DNA from: Parcubacteria group bacterium
Lineage (GTDB): Bacteria; Patescibacteriota; Patescibacteriia; UBA2169
Assembly: GCA_016181765.1 (NCBI GenBank)
Contig: JACOYR010000005.1
Location: 18,733-82,732 of the forward strand
Direction of reading: 5' to 3'
Length of the DNA stretch: 64,000 nt
The position numbers were made by a program, and so were the translations under genes. A model generated the notes under the pieces. The model did not search any database. It was given only the letters and a program-made list of their open reading frames with translations, and had not been told where the DNA came from. Positions 17,061 through 26,343 of this stretch are shown piece by piece. Each line of letters opens with the position of its first letter. Position 1 is the first letter of the stretch.

Positions 17061-19130
17061 ATGCCAGAACACGATCACAGTTGCTGCCACCATTCGGCAG
17101 ATACTCCGGTACTGCCTGTCGGCAACGGCACGCAAACCTATACCTGCCCCATGCACCCGGAAATCCGGCAGGATCGGCCCGGCATGTGCCCGGAATGCGG
17201 CATGAACCTCGTTCCAGCAAAAGAGAAAAAAGGGGCAATGGACCACGCTGGCCACGACAAGCACGCCGGCCACTCAACGGCCTTGTTTTTGCGCAAGTTT
17301 TGGGTGAGCTTGATTCTCACTGTTCCGGTGGTGTTGTACGCGGATGTTGTTGAGAAGATTTTCAAGTGGTCGCCGCCGGCTTTTTCGGGTTCTGACTTTC
17401 TGCCGTTGGTTCTCGGTTCAATCGTGTTTTTCTACGGGGGCTGGGTATTCCTTGCCGGAGCTGGGCGCGAGATCCGCGGCCGCCTGCCGGGCATGATGAC
17501 GCTCATCGGCATCGCCGTTTCAGCCGCTTATTTTTGGAGCGTGTACGCGGTTTTTGCGGGCGCAGAAGCCCTATTCTGGGAGCTCACGACATTGATTACT
17601 ATTATGCTCCTGGGCCACTGGCTTGAGATGCGGGCCGTGAGCGGTGCCCAAGGCGCGCTCAGAGAACTCTCAAAATTACTTCCGGACACCGCAGAAGTAA
17701 TCCGCAACGGCCAGCCGACAACGGTTCAGTTGTCCGAACTTAGAGAGGGTGACGTTGTCCTAGTGCGGCCTGGAGCCAAAATTCCTGCGGATGGCCGCAT
17801 TGCTGATGGTGAATCAGACGTAAATGAATCAATGGTTACCGGAGAATCAAAGCCGGTGGCTAAAAAGGAGGGCGATGCGGTGATTGCCGGAACCATCAAC
17901 GGCGACGGCGTGCTCAAGATCAGCGTTTCAAATATCGGCGAGAAAACGTTTCTGGCTGGCGTGATGCGCCTGGTTGCCGAAGCCCAGGCATCCAAATCGC
18001 GGCTTCAAATCCTCTCGGACCGGGCCGCGCTCTATTTGACCGTTGTCGCCGTTTCCGGGGGCCTAGTGACGCTCGTTGCGTGGCTTGCCGCGGGCGCGGA
18101 AGTCGGGTTTGCGGTTGCGCGGCTGGTTGCGGTGCTCGTCATTGCGTGCCCGCACGCCCTGGGACTTGCGGTGCCCCTGGTTGCGTCCATTTCCACCACC
18201 AAAGCTGCGCATAACGGTTTTCTTGTAAAACAGCGCCTTGCCTTGGAGGCGGCGCGAAGCGTTGATACGGTTTTGTTTGATAAAACCGGAACCTTGACCC
18301 GCGGCGAATTCGGCGTGGTATCCTATTCTTCAGACGAAGCGTTGGCGCTCGCGGCATCAGTTGACGCGCACTCCGAGCACCCCATTGCTCGCGGCATTGT
18401 TGCGGAAGCCAAGAAACAGGGGCTCGGGCTCCGGGAAGCAAAAAATTTCAAGCGCATCCCCGGTGTCGGCGCCGAAGCCGAAGTGGACGGCAAAAGGGTC
18501 TTTGTCGGCCACCGCGGAAAATCTGATATACAAGTGGAACTGGACGGCGCTGCAGTCGGCACCCTTGCTGTTGCAGACACCATCCGCGTTGAGGCAGCCG
18601 AAGCCCTGCAAGAGCTCAAAGGCATGGGTATGCGGCTTGCCATGATCACCGGCGATTCCGAGGAAGTGGCGCAACAGGTGAGTAAAGAACTTGGCATTGA
18701 CGAATACTTTGCCCGCGTCTTGCCGCACCAAAAGTCAGAAAAAGTCAAAGAGCTCCAATCACGCGGTTTGAGAGTGGCTATGGTTGGCGACGGCATCAAC
18801 GACGCTCCGGCGCTTACGCAGGCTGACCTCGGCATTGCCATTGGCGCGGGAACCAATGTGGCCATTGAATCAGCCGGCATTATCCTGGTCCGGAACGATC
18901 CGCGGGATATTGCCAAAATAGTCAGGCTGTCCAAGATGACGTACGCAAAGATGATCCAGAACCTTTTCTGGGCGACCGGCTACAACGTCGTTGCACTGCC
19001 GCTCGCGGCCGGCGCGCTCTCCGCGTGGGGCATCATTCTTGAGCCGGCCCTTGCCGCGGTGTTCATGTCCGCGAGCACGGTCATTGTGGCCGCCAACGCC
19101 CTGCTCCTCAAACGCGCGCCCTTGGTATGA
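17061..19130 (+). CDS. heavy-metal (copper) translocating P1B-type ATPase, CPH-type (CopB-like) with N-terminal CPxCG metal-binding domain
   Basis: YTCPMHPEIRQDRPGMCPECGM; TM CPH motif VIACPHALGLAVP; DKTGTLT phosphorylation site; GDGINDAP hinge. Confidence 0.9.
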   Translation: MPEHDHSCCHHSADTPVLPVGNGTQTYTCPMHPEIRQDRPGMCPECGMNLVPAKEKKGAMDHAGHDKHAGHSTALFLRKFWVSLILTVPVVLYADVVEKIFKWSPPAFSGSDFLPLVLGSIVFFYGGWVFLAGAGREIRGRLPGMMTLIGIAVSAAYFWSVYAVFAGAEALFWELTTLITIMLLGHWLEMRAVSGAQGALRELSKLLPDTAEVIRNGQPTTVQLSELREGDVVLVRPGAKIPADGRIADGESDVNESMVTGESKPVAKKEGDAVIAGTINGDGVLKISVSNIGEKTFLAGVMRLVAEAQASKSRLQILSDRAALYLTVVAVSGGLVTLVAWLAAGAEVGFAVARLVAVLVIACPHALGLAVPLVASISTTKAAHNGFLVKQRLALEAARSVDTVLFDKTGTLTRGEFGVVSYSSDEALALAASVDAHSEHPIARGIVAEAKKQGLGLREAKNFKRIPGVGAEAEVDGKRVFVGHRGKSDIQVELDGAAVGTLAVADTIRVEAAEALQELKGMGMRLAMITGDSEEVAQQVSKELGIDEYFARVLPHQKSEKVKELQSRGLRVAMVGDGINDAPALTQADLGIAIGAGTNVAIESAGIILVRNDPRDIAKIVRLSKMTYAKMIQNLFWATGYNVVALPLAAGALSAWGIILEPALAAVFMSASTVIVAANALLLKRAPLV

Positions 19131-19681
19131 TGCGGGGAATCGCCATAGTATTCTCGCAGTGGCGCTACGCAGCGCTCGCCGCATCCATTGCGCTGGGGTT
19201 GTTTTTGTTTATCGCATGGCTGCCGAACCGCGCGTTGCTCGGATTTGCGCTTGGGTCTGAAACTATTTCATTTTGGAAGCTCATCTGGCAGAGTCCGCAG
19301 TTTTTTGTGGCCAATGAAACGCGCACGAGTGCGTTTATCGCGCTGGCCGTCATCATCCTCTCGGCAACCAACACTGCTCTGCTTGCGTATTATCTCAAGC
19401 GCAGGATCCATTCACAGCGCGGCGCAGGCATTGGCCTTGCCGGAACCGTGGTCGGGCTCTTGGGAGTCGGATGCGCGGCGTGCGGCTCAATCATCCTCTC
19501 ATCAATTTTCGGCCTTGGCGCTGCTGCATCCTTTTTGGGAGTGTTGCCGTTTGGGGGCCTTGAGTTCGGGGTTGTTGGCATTCTCGCGCTCGCTTTTTCA
19601 ATCAGGCTCTTGAGCCGGCGCATTCAAGATCCGGATGCCTGCGCCGTGCCGGGGCGCGCCACAAACCCCCCATTCCACTAA
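19127..19681 (+). CDS. hypothetical membrane protein (GVGCAACG motif)
   Basis: 184 aa, 5 TM, overlaps ATPase stop by 4 nt. Confidence 0.45.
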   Translation: MMRGIAIVFSQWRYAALAASIALGLFLFIAWLPNRALLGFALGSETISFWKLIWQSPQFFVANETRTSAFIALAVIILSATNTALLAYYLKRRIHSQRGAGIGLAGTVVGLLGVGCAACGSIILSSIFGLGAAASFLGVLPFGGLEFGVVGILALAFSIRLLSRRIQDPDACAVPGRATNPPFH

Positions 19682-19718
19682 ACGGGATTTGCTCGCGGAA
19701 AAATCCGAATGTTTCAAT

Positions 19719-19795
19719 TGGTCGGGGTACTGGGATTTGAACCCAGAATCCCCACGTCCCAAACGTGGTGCCTTAGCCAATTAGGCCATACCCCG
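19719..19795 (-). tRNA. tRNA-Pro (anticodon UGG), CCA encoded
   Basis: hand-folded cloverleaf: acceptor CGGGGUA/UACCCCG, anticodon loop UUUGGGA, T-loop UUCAAAU. Confidence 0.8.
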
Positions 19796-19860
19796 GCGTC
19801 AGCCGCGCGCTTCAGGTTCCAGATACTCCTTTGAGTACAAAGCAGTATCTTTCACCTTGC

Positions 19861-19933
19861 GCCCGCGTCTTCCTTTCAAATTTCTGCTTAACCTCGGCGA
19901 GTACGCCTCGGCCCAAGCAGAAATTTGTGAAGA
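19861..19933 (-). repeat. structured tRNA-leader repeat, copy 1 (between tRNA-Ile and tRNA-Pro)
   Basis: gcccgcgtcttcctttcAAATTTCTGCTTaacc...cccAAGCAGAAATTTgtgaaga; long hairpin with inner tetraloop hairpin. Confidence 0.6.
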
Positions 19934-19946
19934 CACATGTATTTTC

Positions 19947-20023
19947 TGGTGGGCGATCGAGGAATCGAACCTCGGACCTCGTCATTATCAGTGACGCGCT
20001 CTAACCATCTGAGCTAATCGCCC
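19947..20023 (-). tRNA. tRNA-Ile (anticodon GAU), CCA encoded
   Basis: acceptor GGGCGAU/AUCGCCC, anticodon loop CUGAUAA, T-loop UUCGAUU. Confidence 0.8.
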
Positions 20024-20024
20024 G

Positions 20025-20264
20025 TGGTGCCGCGGGGGTGAGTCGTCATCACCCCGTTAATACGGGGGCCAGGCGCTTCCCGTCCGCCATATGGCAGACG
20101 GTACTCCCAAAAGGGATAGTCTCTACACCTTTCCGCCTCATCGGCGGACTTGGCTCGGGATTGCCCGCATGGGGTTTCCCCGAATTCACCTGGTTTGCTG
20201 TAGCCTATTACTAGGCTAAGGCCCAAAGATTTAGGCCTTCGCTCTACCGCTGAGCTACCGCGGC
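20025..20264 (-). tRNA. intron-containing tRNA gene (about 240 nt); canonical 5' exon (acceptor GCCGCGG, D-arm UAGCUCAGCGGUAGAGC) and 3' end CCGCGGC-A-CCA; identity uncertain (anticodon possibly GAA/Phe if splice after U33)
   Basis: perfect 7-bp acceptor complementarity between ends, canonical D-arm, encoded CCA; interior has group I P1-like hairpin with U.G at putative splice site and Azoarcus-like core motifs; T-arm appears non-canonical (9-nt loop). Confidence 0.6.
20080..20232 (-). ncRNA. putative group I (IC3-like) self-splicing intron inside tRNA; boundaries approximate
   Basis: motifs GGUGAAUUCGGGGAAACCCC, CCGAGCCAAGUCCGCCGAUGAGGCGGAAAGGUGUAGAGACUA closely resemble Azoarcus pre-tRNA-Ile intron (GCCGAGCCAAGC...GCCGAUGAAGGUGUAGAGACUA); P1 hairpin AAGGCCU|AAAUCUUUGGGCCUU. 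Confidence 0.5.
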
Positions 20265-20292
20265 ACGCGGTAATTATCAATTCTTTTCTTTC

Positions 20293-20369
20293 TGGTGGAC
20301 GATGGAGGATTTGAACCTCCGACCTCGTCGATGTCAACGACGCGCTCTAACCAACTGAGCTAATCGTCC
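20293..20369 (-). tRNA. tRNA-Val (anticodon GAC), CCA encoded
   Basis: acceptor GGACGAU/AUCGUCC, anticodon loop UUGACAU, T-loop UUCAAAU. Confidence 0.8.
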
Positions 20370-20426
20370 TCGTCAGAGTCGGACTGCGGGTTGCGCGTGC
20401 GAGCAAGCTCGCCCGCTCCACCCTTC

Positions 20427-20503
20427 GCCCGCCTCTTCCTCTCAAATTTTTTCTTAACTTCCCTCGCGTTCGCTCGGTCAGCCCAAGAAAAAATTTGTGA
20501 AGA
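20427..20503 (-). repeat. structured tRNA-leader repeat, copy 2 (16S-tRNA-Val spacer)
   Basis: gcccgcctcttcctctcAAATTTTTTCTTaact...cccAAGAAAAAATTTgtgaaga; stem changes compensatory relative to copy 1. Confidence 0.6.
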
Positions 20504-20514
20504 ATCACCCAACC

Positions 20515-20543
20515 AGAATAGCAGAAACGCCTGGATTTTTCAA
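20515..20543 (-). promoter_or_regulatory. possible internal promoter in 16S-tRNA spacer (minus strand TTGAAA-17-TATTCT)
   Basis: minus-strand cttgaaaaatccaggcgtttctgctattct upstream of leader element copy 2. Confidence 0.3.
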
Positions 20544-20778
20544 GGGGTAAAAAACAACCCGCCCTTTTGGGGCGAGCTGTTTTTTCTTGAGTGATGATAT
20601 GGTTGCAAAACGTCCGCTAGAGCATATGTGGGTACACTACTCACATAGTGGCTCTAACCTGCCCCTTGGTTTTAACCTTGTAGAGGCGACACAAAGGCTG
20701 TACCCCGTACGCTCGGAGAGCGGTACGGGTTCGACCAGCAATAGTTCTGCGCATGACCGCAGAACGGTGATCTCCCTA

Positions 20779-22186
<1,408 letters not shown>

Positions 22187-22404
22187 AACTATATCATTGC
22201 TCAAGTTTACCCCCGCGAAAGCGGGGGTTAGTGGCGCTTACCAAGAGTTTTGGGAAACTCTGGTAAACATGAGTTGTCAAAGAGATAAAAAATGCCTGCC
22301 CAAGAGGCAGACACACGACAAGATACAGTCTCGTTTTGTTGATAGTATTGAATATATCCTATCGTGTGTCTCCTGAACTGAATTGATTACTGCTAACTAC
22401 TCGT

Positions 22405-22433
22405 AGTATAGCGCAGGCGCGTATAAGTGTCAA
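22405..22433 (-). promoter_or_regulatory. near-consensus sigma70 promoter for 16S rRNA (TTGACA-17-TATACT), inside 3' end of trmD
   Basis: minus-strand cttgacacttatacgcgcctgcgctatact about 210 nt upstream of 16S 5' end. Confidence 0.5.
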
Positions 22434-23119
22434 GAAGGGGGTTGTGGACGTTTTGTGGGCTGTTTTCGCTTGCTTTTGCGCCATTTTGCGATTTCGGCGT
22501 GGTTTCCGGAAAGCAAAATTTCCGGCACTTTCAACTCTTTTTTATCATCAGTGATAAAAATTTCGGGCCGGGTATACTGCGGGTACTCGCTGGAATTCTC
22601 GTCGCTAAAGGATTCTTCGCGGGATGACTCATCTTTGCCCAGCACGCCCGGAATGAGCCTGCTCGCGGCCTCAACCACGGCCAGGGCAGGCAGTTCTCCG
22701 CCGCTTAAGACAAAATCGCCGATTGAAATTTGCTCATCAACAAATTCAGCAACACGCTCATCAATGCCCTCGTACCGGCCTGCGATGAGGATGATTTGAT
22801 CGTATTGGGTTAGCCGCTGCGCATCTCTTTGTGTGAATCGTTTACCTCGTGGAGTAAGGAGAATGATTCTAGTGTCATTGCGAGGAGCCGCTCGTATGTC
22901 GTTGATGGCTCGGTATAGCGGCTCCGCCATCATGACCATGCCAACTCCGCCGCCGTACGGCGAATCATCCACGGTGCGGTGCGTATCGCTCGTGTAGTCC
23001 CGCAGGTTGTGTATGTTGATTTCAACCAGGCCATTTTTTTGCGCGCGAGCTAAAATAGACTCTTTTAGGTAAGAGTCAAAAATGTTGGGAAAAATTGTAA
23101 TGATGTCAAATGTCATAAA
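22430..23119 (-). CDS. trmD: tRNA (guanine37-N1)-methyltransferase
   Basis: MTFDIITIFPNIFDSYL..., SPOUT-fold motifs SDTHRTVDDSPYGGGVGMVM, conserved order rpsP-KH-trmD. Confidence 0.85.
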   Translation of the reverse strand, partial: FMTFDIITIFPNIFDSYLKESILARAQKNGLVEINIHNLRDYTSDTHRTVDDSPYGGGVGMVMMAEPLYRAINDIRAAPRNDTRIILLTPRGKRFTQRDAQRLTQYDQIILIAGRYEGIDERVAEFVDEQISIGDFVLSGGELPALAVVEAASRLIPGVLGKDESSREESFSDENSSEYPQYTRPEIFITDDKKELKVPEILLSGNHAEIAKWRKSKRKQPTKRPQPPS

Positions 23120-23199
23120 CCAAAAACCGTACTGGCATAAACCTAGCACGGTTTTTGTAATTTTTCAATCAGAGCGCGCGAGCCTCTTCGGCTGGCAGG

Positions 23200-23571
23200 T
23201 TACAGCTTGAGGTCGTCCACGGCGCTGGTGTCAATCGGATCCTCTTTCGGTGCTGCGGCCGCGGGCCGGGAGTAGTCGCGCCGCTCGCCTTCTTCGCGCG
23301 GCTTGCGTGGCGCACGGGTGGAGCCTTCGGGCTCGTGGATTTTAAGGTTCACGCGCGCGTTGTTCTTGGCGCCCACGACCCGGAGCAGGGTGCGGATGGC
23401 GCGCGCGGTGTTGCCGCTCCTGCCGATGATCTGGCCCATGTCTTCGGGGTGTGTTTTGAGGGTGAGGAGCACTCCCATTTCATCCACGGTACGCTCTACC
23501 TGGATGTCATCCGGGTGATCCACCAATGACTTTACCACGAAGTCCAGAAACTGTTGATCTAGTTCTGCCAT
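23200..23571 (-). CDS. KH-domain RNA-binding protein (YlqC/UPF0109 family)
   Basis: GxxG-type KH core IIGRSGNTARAIRTLL; position between rpsP and trmD. Confidence 0.7.
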   Translation of the reverse strand: MAELDQQFLDFVVKSLVDHPDDIQVERTVDEMGVLLTLKTHPEDMGQIIGRSGNTARAIRTLLRVVGAKNNARVNLKIHEPEGSTRAPRKPREEGERRDYSRPAAAAPKEDPIDTSAVDDLKL

Positions 23572-23682
23572 ACTGATTACCTACTTGTTAAACGACTGCG
23601 TGTGCCAGCCGTGGCGCGTGATTGGCGGGCTGACGAAACCCCCGCGCCTGCCGACAGCAGCTTTTTGGAGTATACCACAAAT

Positions 23683-24051
23683 TTATGCCCCGTCAATTTT
23701 TGGCGCTTCAGCTGGCGTTTGTTCTTTCGGCGCTTCAGCCTTAGGCGCGGGAGCGGCTTCTTTTGTTTCTTCGGCTTTTTTCTTGGGCCTCCATGCCCGG
23801 ACTTTTTTTCCTTCTATCACGCCCTGCTTCACCAAAAGGTTGTGCACGGTTGCTGAGGGTTGCGCCCCTACGGAGAGCCAGTACTTGATGCGGTCCGCTT
23901 TCAGGCTTATAGTCTTGGGGATAGCGACCGGATCGTAGTTGCCCAGGATTTCGTTGTGGCGGCCGTAGAGGTCGCGCTTGTGCTCGGAAACAACCACCCG
24001 GTAGGAGGGGCGGTTCTTTTTGCCGATTCGTTGGAGCCTGATTGCTAACAT
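23683..24051 (-). CDS. rpsP: 30S ribosomal protein S16 with Lys/Ala/Pro-rich C-terminal extension
   Basis: MLAIRLQRIGKKNRPSYRVVV... Confidence 0.85.
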   Translation of the reverse strand: MLAIRLQRIGKKNRPSYRVVVSEHKRDLYGRHNEILGNYDPVAIPKTISLKADRIKYWLSVGAQPSATVHNLLVKQGVIEGKKVRAWRPKKKAEETKEAAPAPKAEAPKEQTPAEAPKIDGA

Positions 24052-24083
24052 AATGAAGATACTATATGAAATCCGTATTCCTG

Positions 24084-26318
24084 TCAAGCAACGCTCGCGA
24101 GCGCTTTTTCCAGGTCAACGGACAGGAGTTTGGAGACGCCGTTGTCTCCCATGGTTACCCCATAGAGGATGCTTGATTGCTCCATGGTGGCGCGGTTGTG
24201 CGTGATGGCGATGAACTGGGTGTCGCGCGAGAGTGTTGCCAGAATGTGGGCAAAGCGTTCGCTATTCGCCTCGTCCAGCGCCGCATCCACCTCGTCCAGC
24301 ACCACGAACGGCGAGGGGTTGGCGCGGATGATGGCACAGATTAAGGCGATTGAGGTGAGCGCGCGCTCACCGCCCGAGAGCACGCTTATGGAGCTTACTT
24401 TTTTGCCCGGGGGCGATGCCTTGATCTCAATGCCTGTTTTTACGCTCTGCGCCAGGCTCTCTTGTTCTTTTTTGGTAAGCCCGGCAGCCAGGTCCTCGGA
24501 AAGCATCTCCAGCTCGTTCTGTTTGTACATTACGAGCTTTGCGGAACCGCCATTGAACAGCGTTTTGAAATACTCGCTGAATCCGGCTTCAATTTTTTGG
24601 AATGCGCTGGTGAATTGTTTTTCAATGGTTGCGTCCAGTTCAAGAAGCGCGCGTTTTGTTTTTTCAAGCCCCGTGTCCAAATCCTTAAGCTGCAGAACCA
24701 GGAAGTCGTGCCGTTTTTTTGCTTCGCGGTACTCGCTGTCCGCTGACTCTTCAATCCCGCCGATCATTTCCAGCTCACTCTTGATGGCGGCAATTTTTTC
24801 CCACGCAACGCCGCTTTGCGCGCCCGGACCGGGATGGTAGTTTTTGATGGCGATGCACAGATCGCGCGCAACTTCGCGGTCAATTTCGCTCTGGAGGTCA
24901 AGGCTGCGGGTTTCAACTTTCGCGGCCTCAACGTCAATGGCGCTTGCATGCGCCGCCGCCTGGTGCAAGTCCCTCTGGAGCTCCTGGTACTTCCGCTGGG
25001 TTTCAAACACGTCGGTGGTCGCTTTTGACTCGGCGTGCCTGAGCTTGTCCACCAGATTCTGTTTTTCCGCAACTTCCTGTTCGGCTCTCGTGAGGTCGCC
25101 GTGCAGCGCTGCGATGTTCCGGGTAAGTTCGGAAATTTTTTCCGAAATCCGCGAGGTACCCGCGTTCGTTTCATTGAGAACGCTTTTGAGCTCGGCCGCG
25201 AGGGAGGCGGCTTTCGCTTTGAGCGCCTTGAATTCGGCAAGCGACGAGGCGCGTCCGAACGCTTCCAAAAAAGAAACGTGCCGCCGCGCGCTCGCAACGA
25301 GCTTTTCGGCGTCAATGCCTGTTGGGTGCTCTTTTTCCACGCGCTTAAGAACTTCAAGCTCGCGCTTGATCCCGGCAAGCGCTCCGGTAACCTCGTTTTT
25401 CTTGGCGAGGGACTCGCGGTACGCGGATTGCACCTTGTCGTACCCCCCCACCACGGCGCTCTTTTGCTCTTTTTCCAGTTTGGCAAGCCGGTTCTGTAGT
25501 TCGGAAAGTTTTTTGGCGAGCGCGAGGTGGTCTTTTTCAATGCCGCGCTTCCGGTCCCGCAGGGCCTCGCGCTTGGTTGCGGTATCGTGCCAGAGCGAGC
25601 CGTAGTAGCTTGTCTGGAGTATCGCGAGCTCTTTTGAGAGCTGTTCGCGTTTTTTGCGTTTTTCCATCTGGTGCGCAAGCAGCTTGACGCGCGGGGAAAT
25701 TTCCCGGATCAATCCCCGCACCTCGGCGAGATTCTCTTCAGTAGCCTTGATTTTGCTTACTGCGCTTCCGCGCTTGATTTGGAACTGCTTAACCCCGGTC
25801 GCCTCGTCAAAAAAATTTTTCCGCTCAAACGGGGACGCGGAGAGGATTGCGTCGGTCATCCCTTGTCCGATGACGCTGTAGGAACGGCCCCCGAAGTTTG
25901 CTTGCGCGAGCAGGAGCTGGATATCCGCCAGGCGCACTTTGGAATTGTTGATGCGGTACTCGCCCGTGCCATCTCGGTATACGCGGCGCTTGATGACCAG
26001 TTTTTCGTACTCAACGTCCGTTTTTTTGTCCTCATTGTTCAGGTAGAGGGCGACTTCGGCAAAACCCAAACGCGCGAGTTTTGCGGAACCCGAGAAGATC
26101 ACGTCTTCGCTTTTCTTGCCGCGCAAGAGCTTTAAGCTCTGCTCGCCCAGCACCCAGCGCACCGCGTCCGCGGTGTTGGATTTGCCGCTGCCGTTCGGCC
26201 CCACGATGGCGGCGATTCCCGGGGAATGCGCTCCGGCCGACCGCACCGGGAACTCTAGGACCGCCTTGTGCGCAAACGATTTAAATCCTTGTAGTTCAAG
26301 TTTCTCTAGGTACATGGC
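24084..26318 (-). CDS. smc: SMC-family chromosome segregation ATPase (short form, about 744 aa)
   Basis: Walker A GPNGSGKSN, long coiled coils, signature LSGGERALTSIALI and Walker B VVLDEVDAALD; adjacent to rnc as in Firmicutes; start at MYLEKLELQGFKSF. Confidence 0.75.
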   Translation of the reverse strand, partial: AMYLEKLELQGFKSFAHKAVLEFPVRSAGAHSPGIAAIVGPNGSGKSNTADAVRWVLGEQSLKLLRGKKSEDVIFSGSAKLARLGFAEVALYLNNEDKKTDVEYEKLVIKRRVYRDGTGEYRINNSKVRLADIQLLLAQANFGGRSYSVIGQGMTDAILSASPFERKNFFDEATGVKQFQIKRGSAVSKIKATEENLAEVRGLIREISPRVKLLAHQMEKRKKREQLSKELAILQTSYYGSLWHDTATKREALRDRKRGIEKDHLALAKKLSELQNRLAKLEKEQKSAVVGGYDKVQSAYRESLAKKNEVTGALAGIKRELEVLKRVEKEHPTGIDAEKLVASARRHVSFLEAFGRASSLAEFKALKAKAASLAAELKSVLNETNAGTSRISEKISELTRNIAALHGDLTRAEQEVAEKQNLVDKLRHAESKATTDVFETQRKYQELQRDLHQAAAHASAIDVEAAKVETRSLDLQSEIDREVARDLCIAIKNYHPGPGAQSGVAWEKIAAIKSELEMIGGIEESADSEYREAKKRHDFLVLQLKDLDTGLEKTKRALLELDATIEKQFTSAFQKIEAGFSEYFKTLFNGGSAKLVMYKQNELEMLSEDLAAGLTKKEQESLAQSVKTGIEIKASPPGKKVSSISVLSGGERALTSIALICAIIRANPSPFVVLDEVDAALDEANSERFAHILATLSRDTQFIAITHNRATMEQSSILYGVTMGDNGVSKLLSVDLEKALASVA

Positions 26319-26343
26319 TTTTGTTTTTGTCCTCCGGCAGCGG

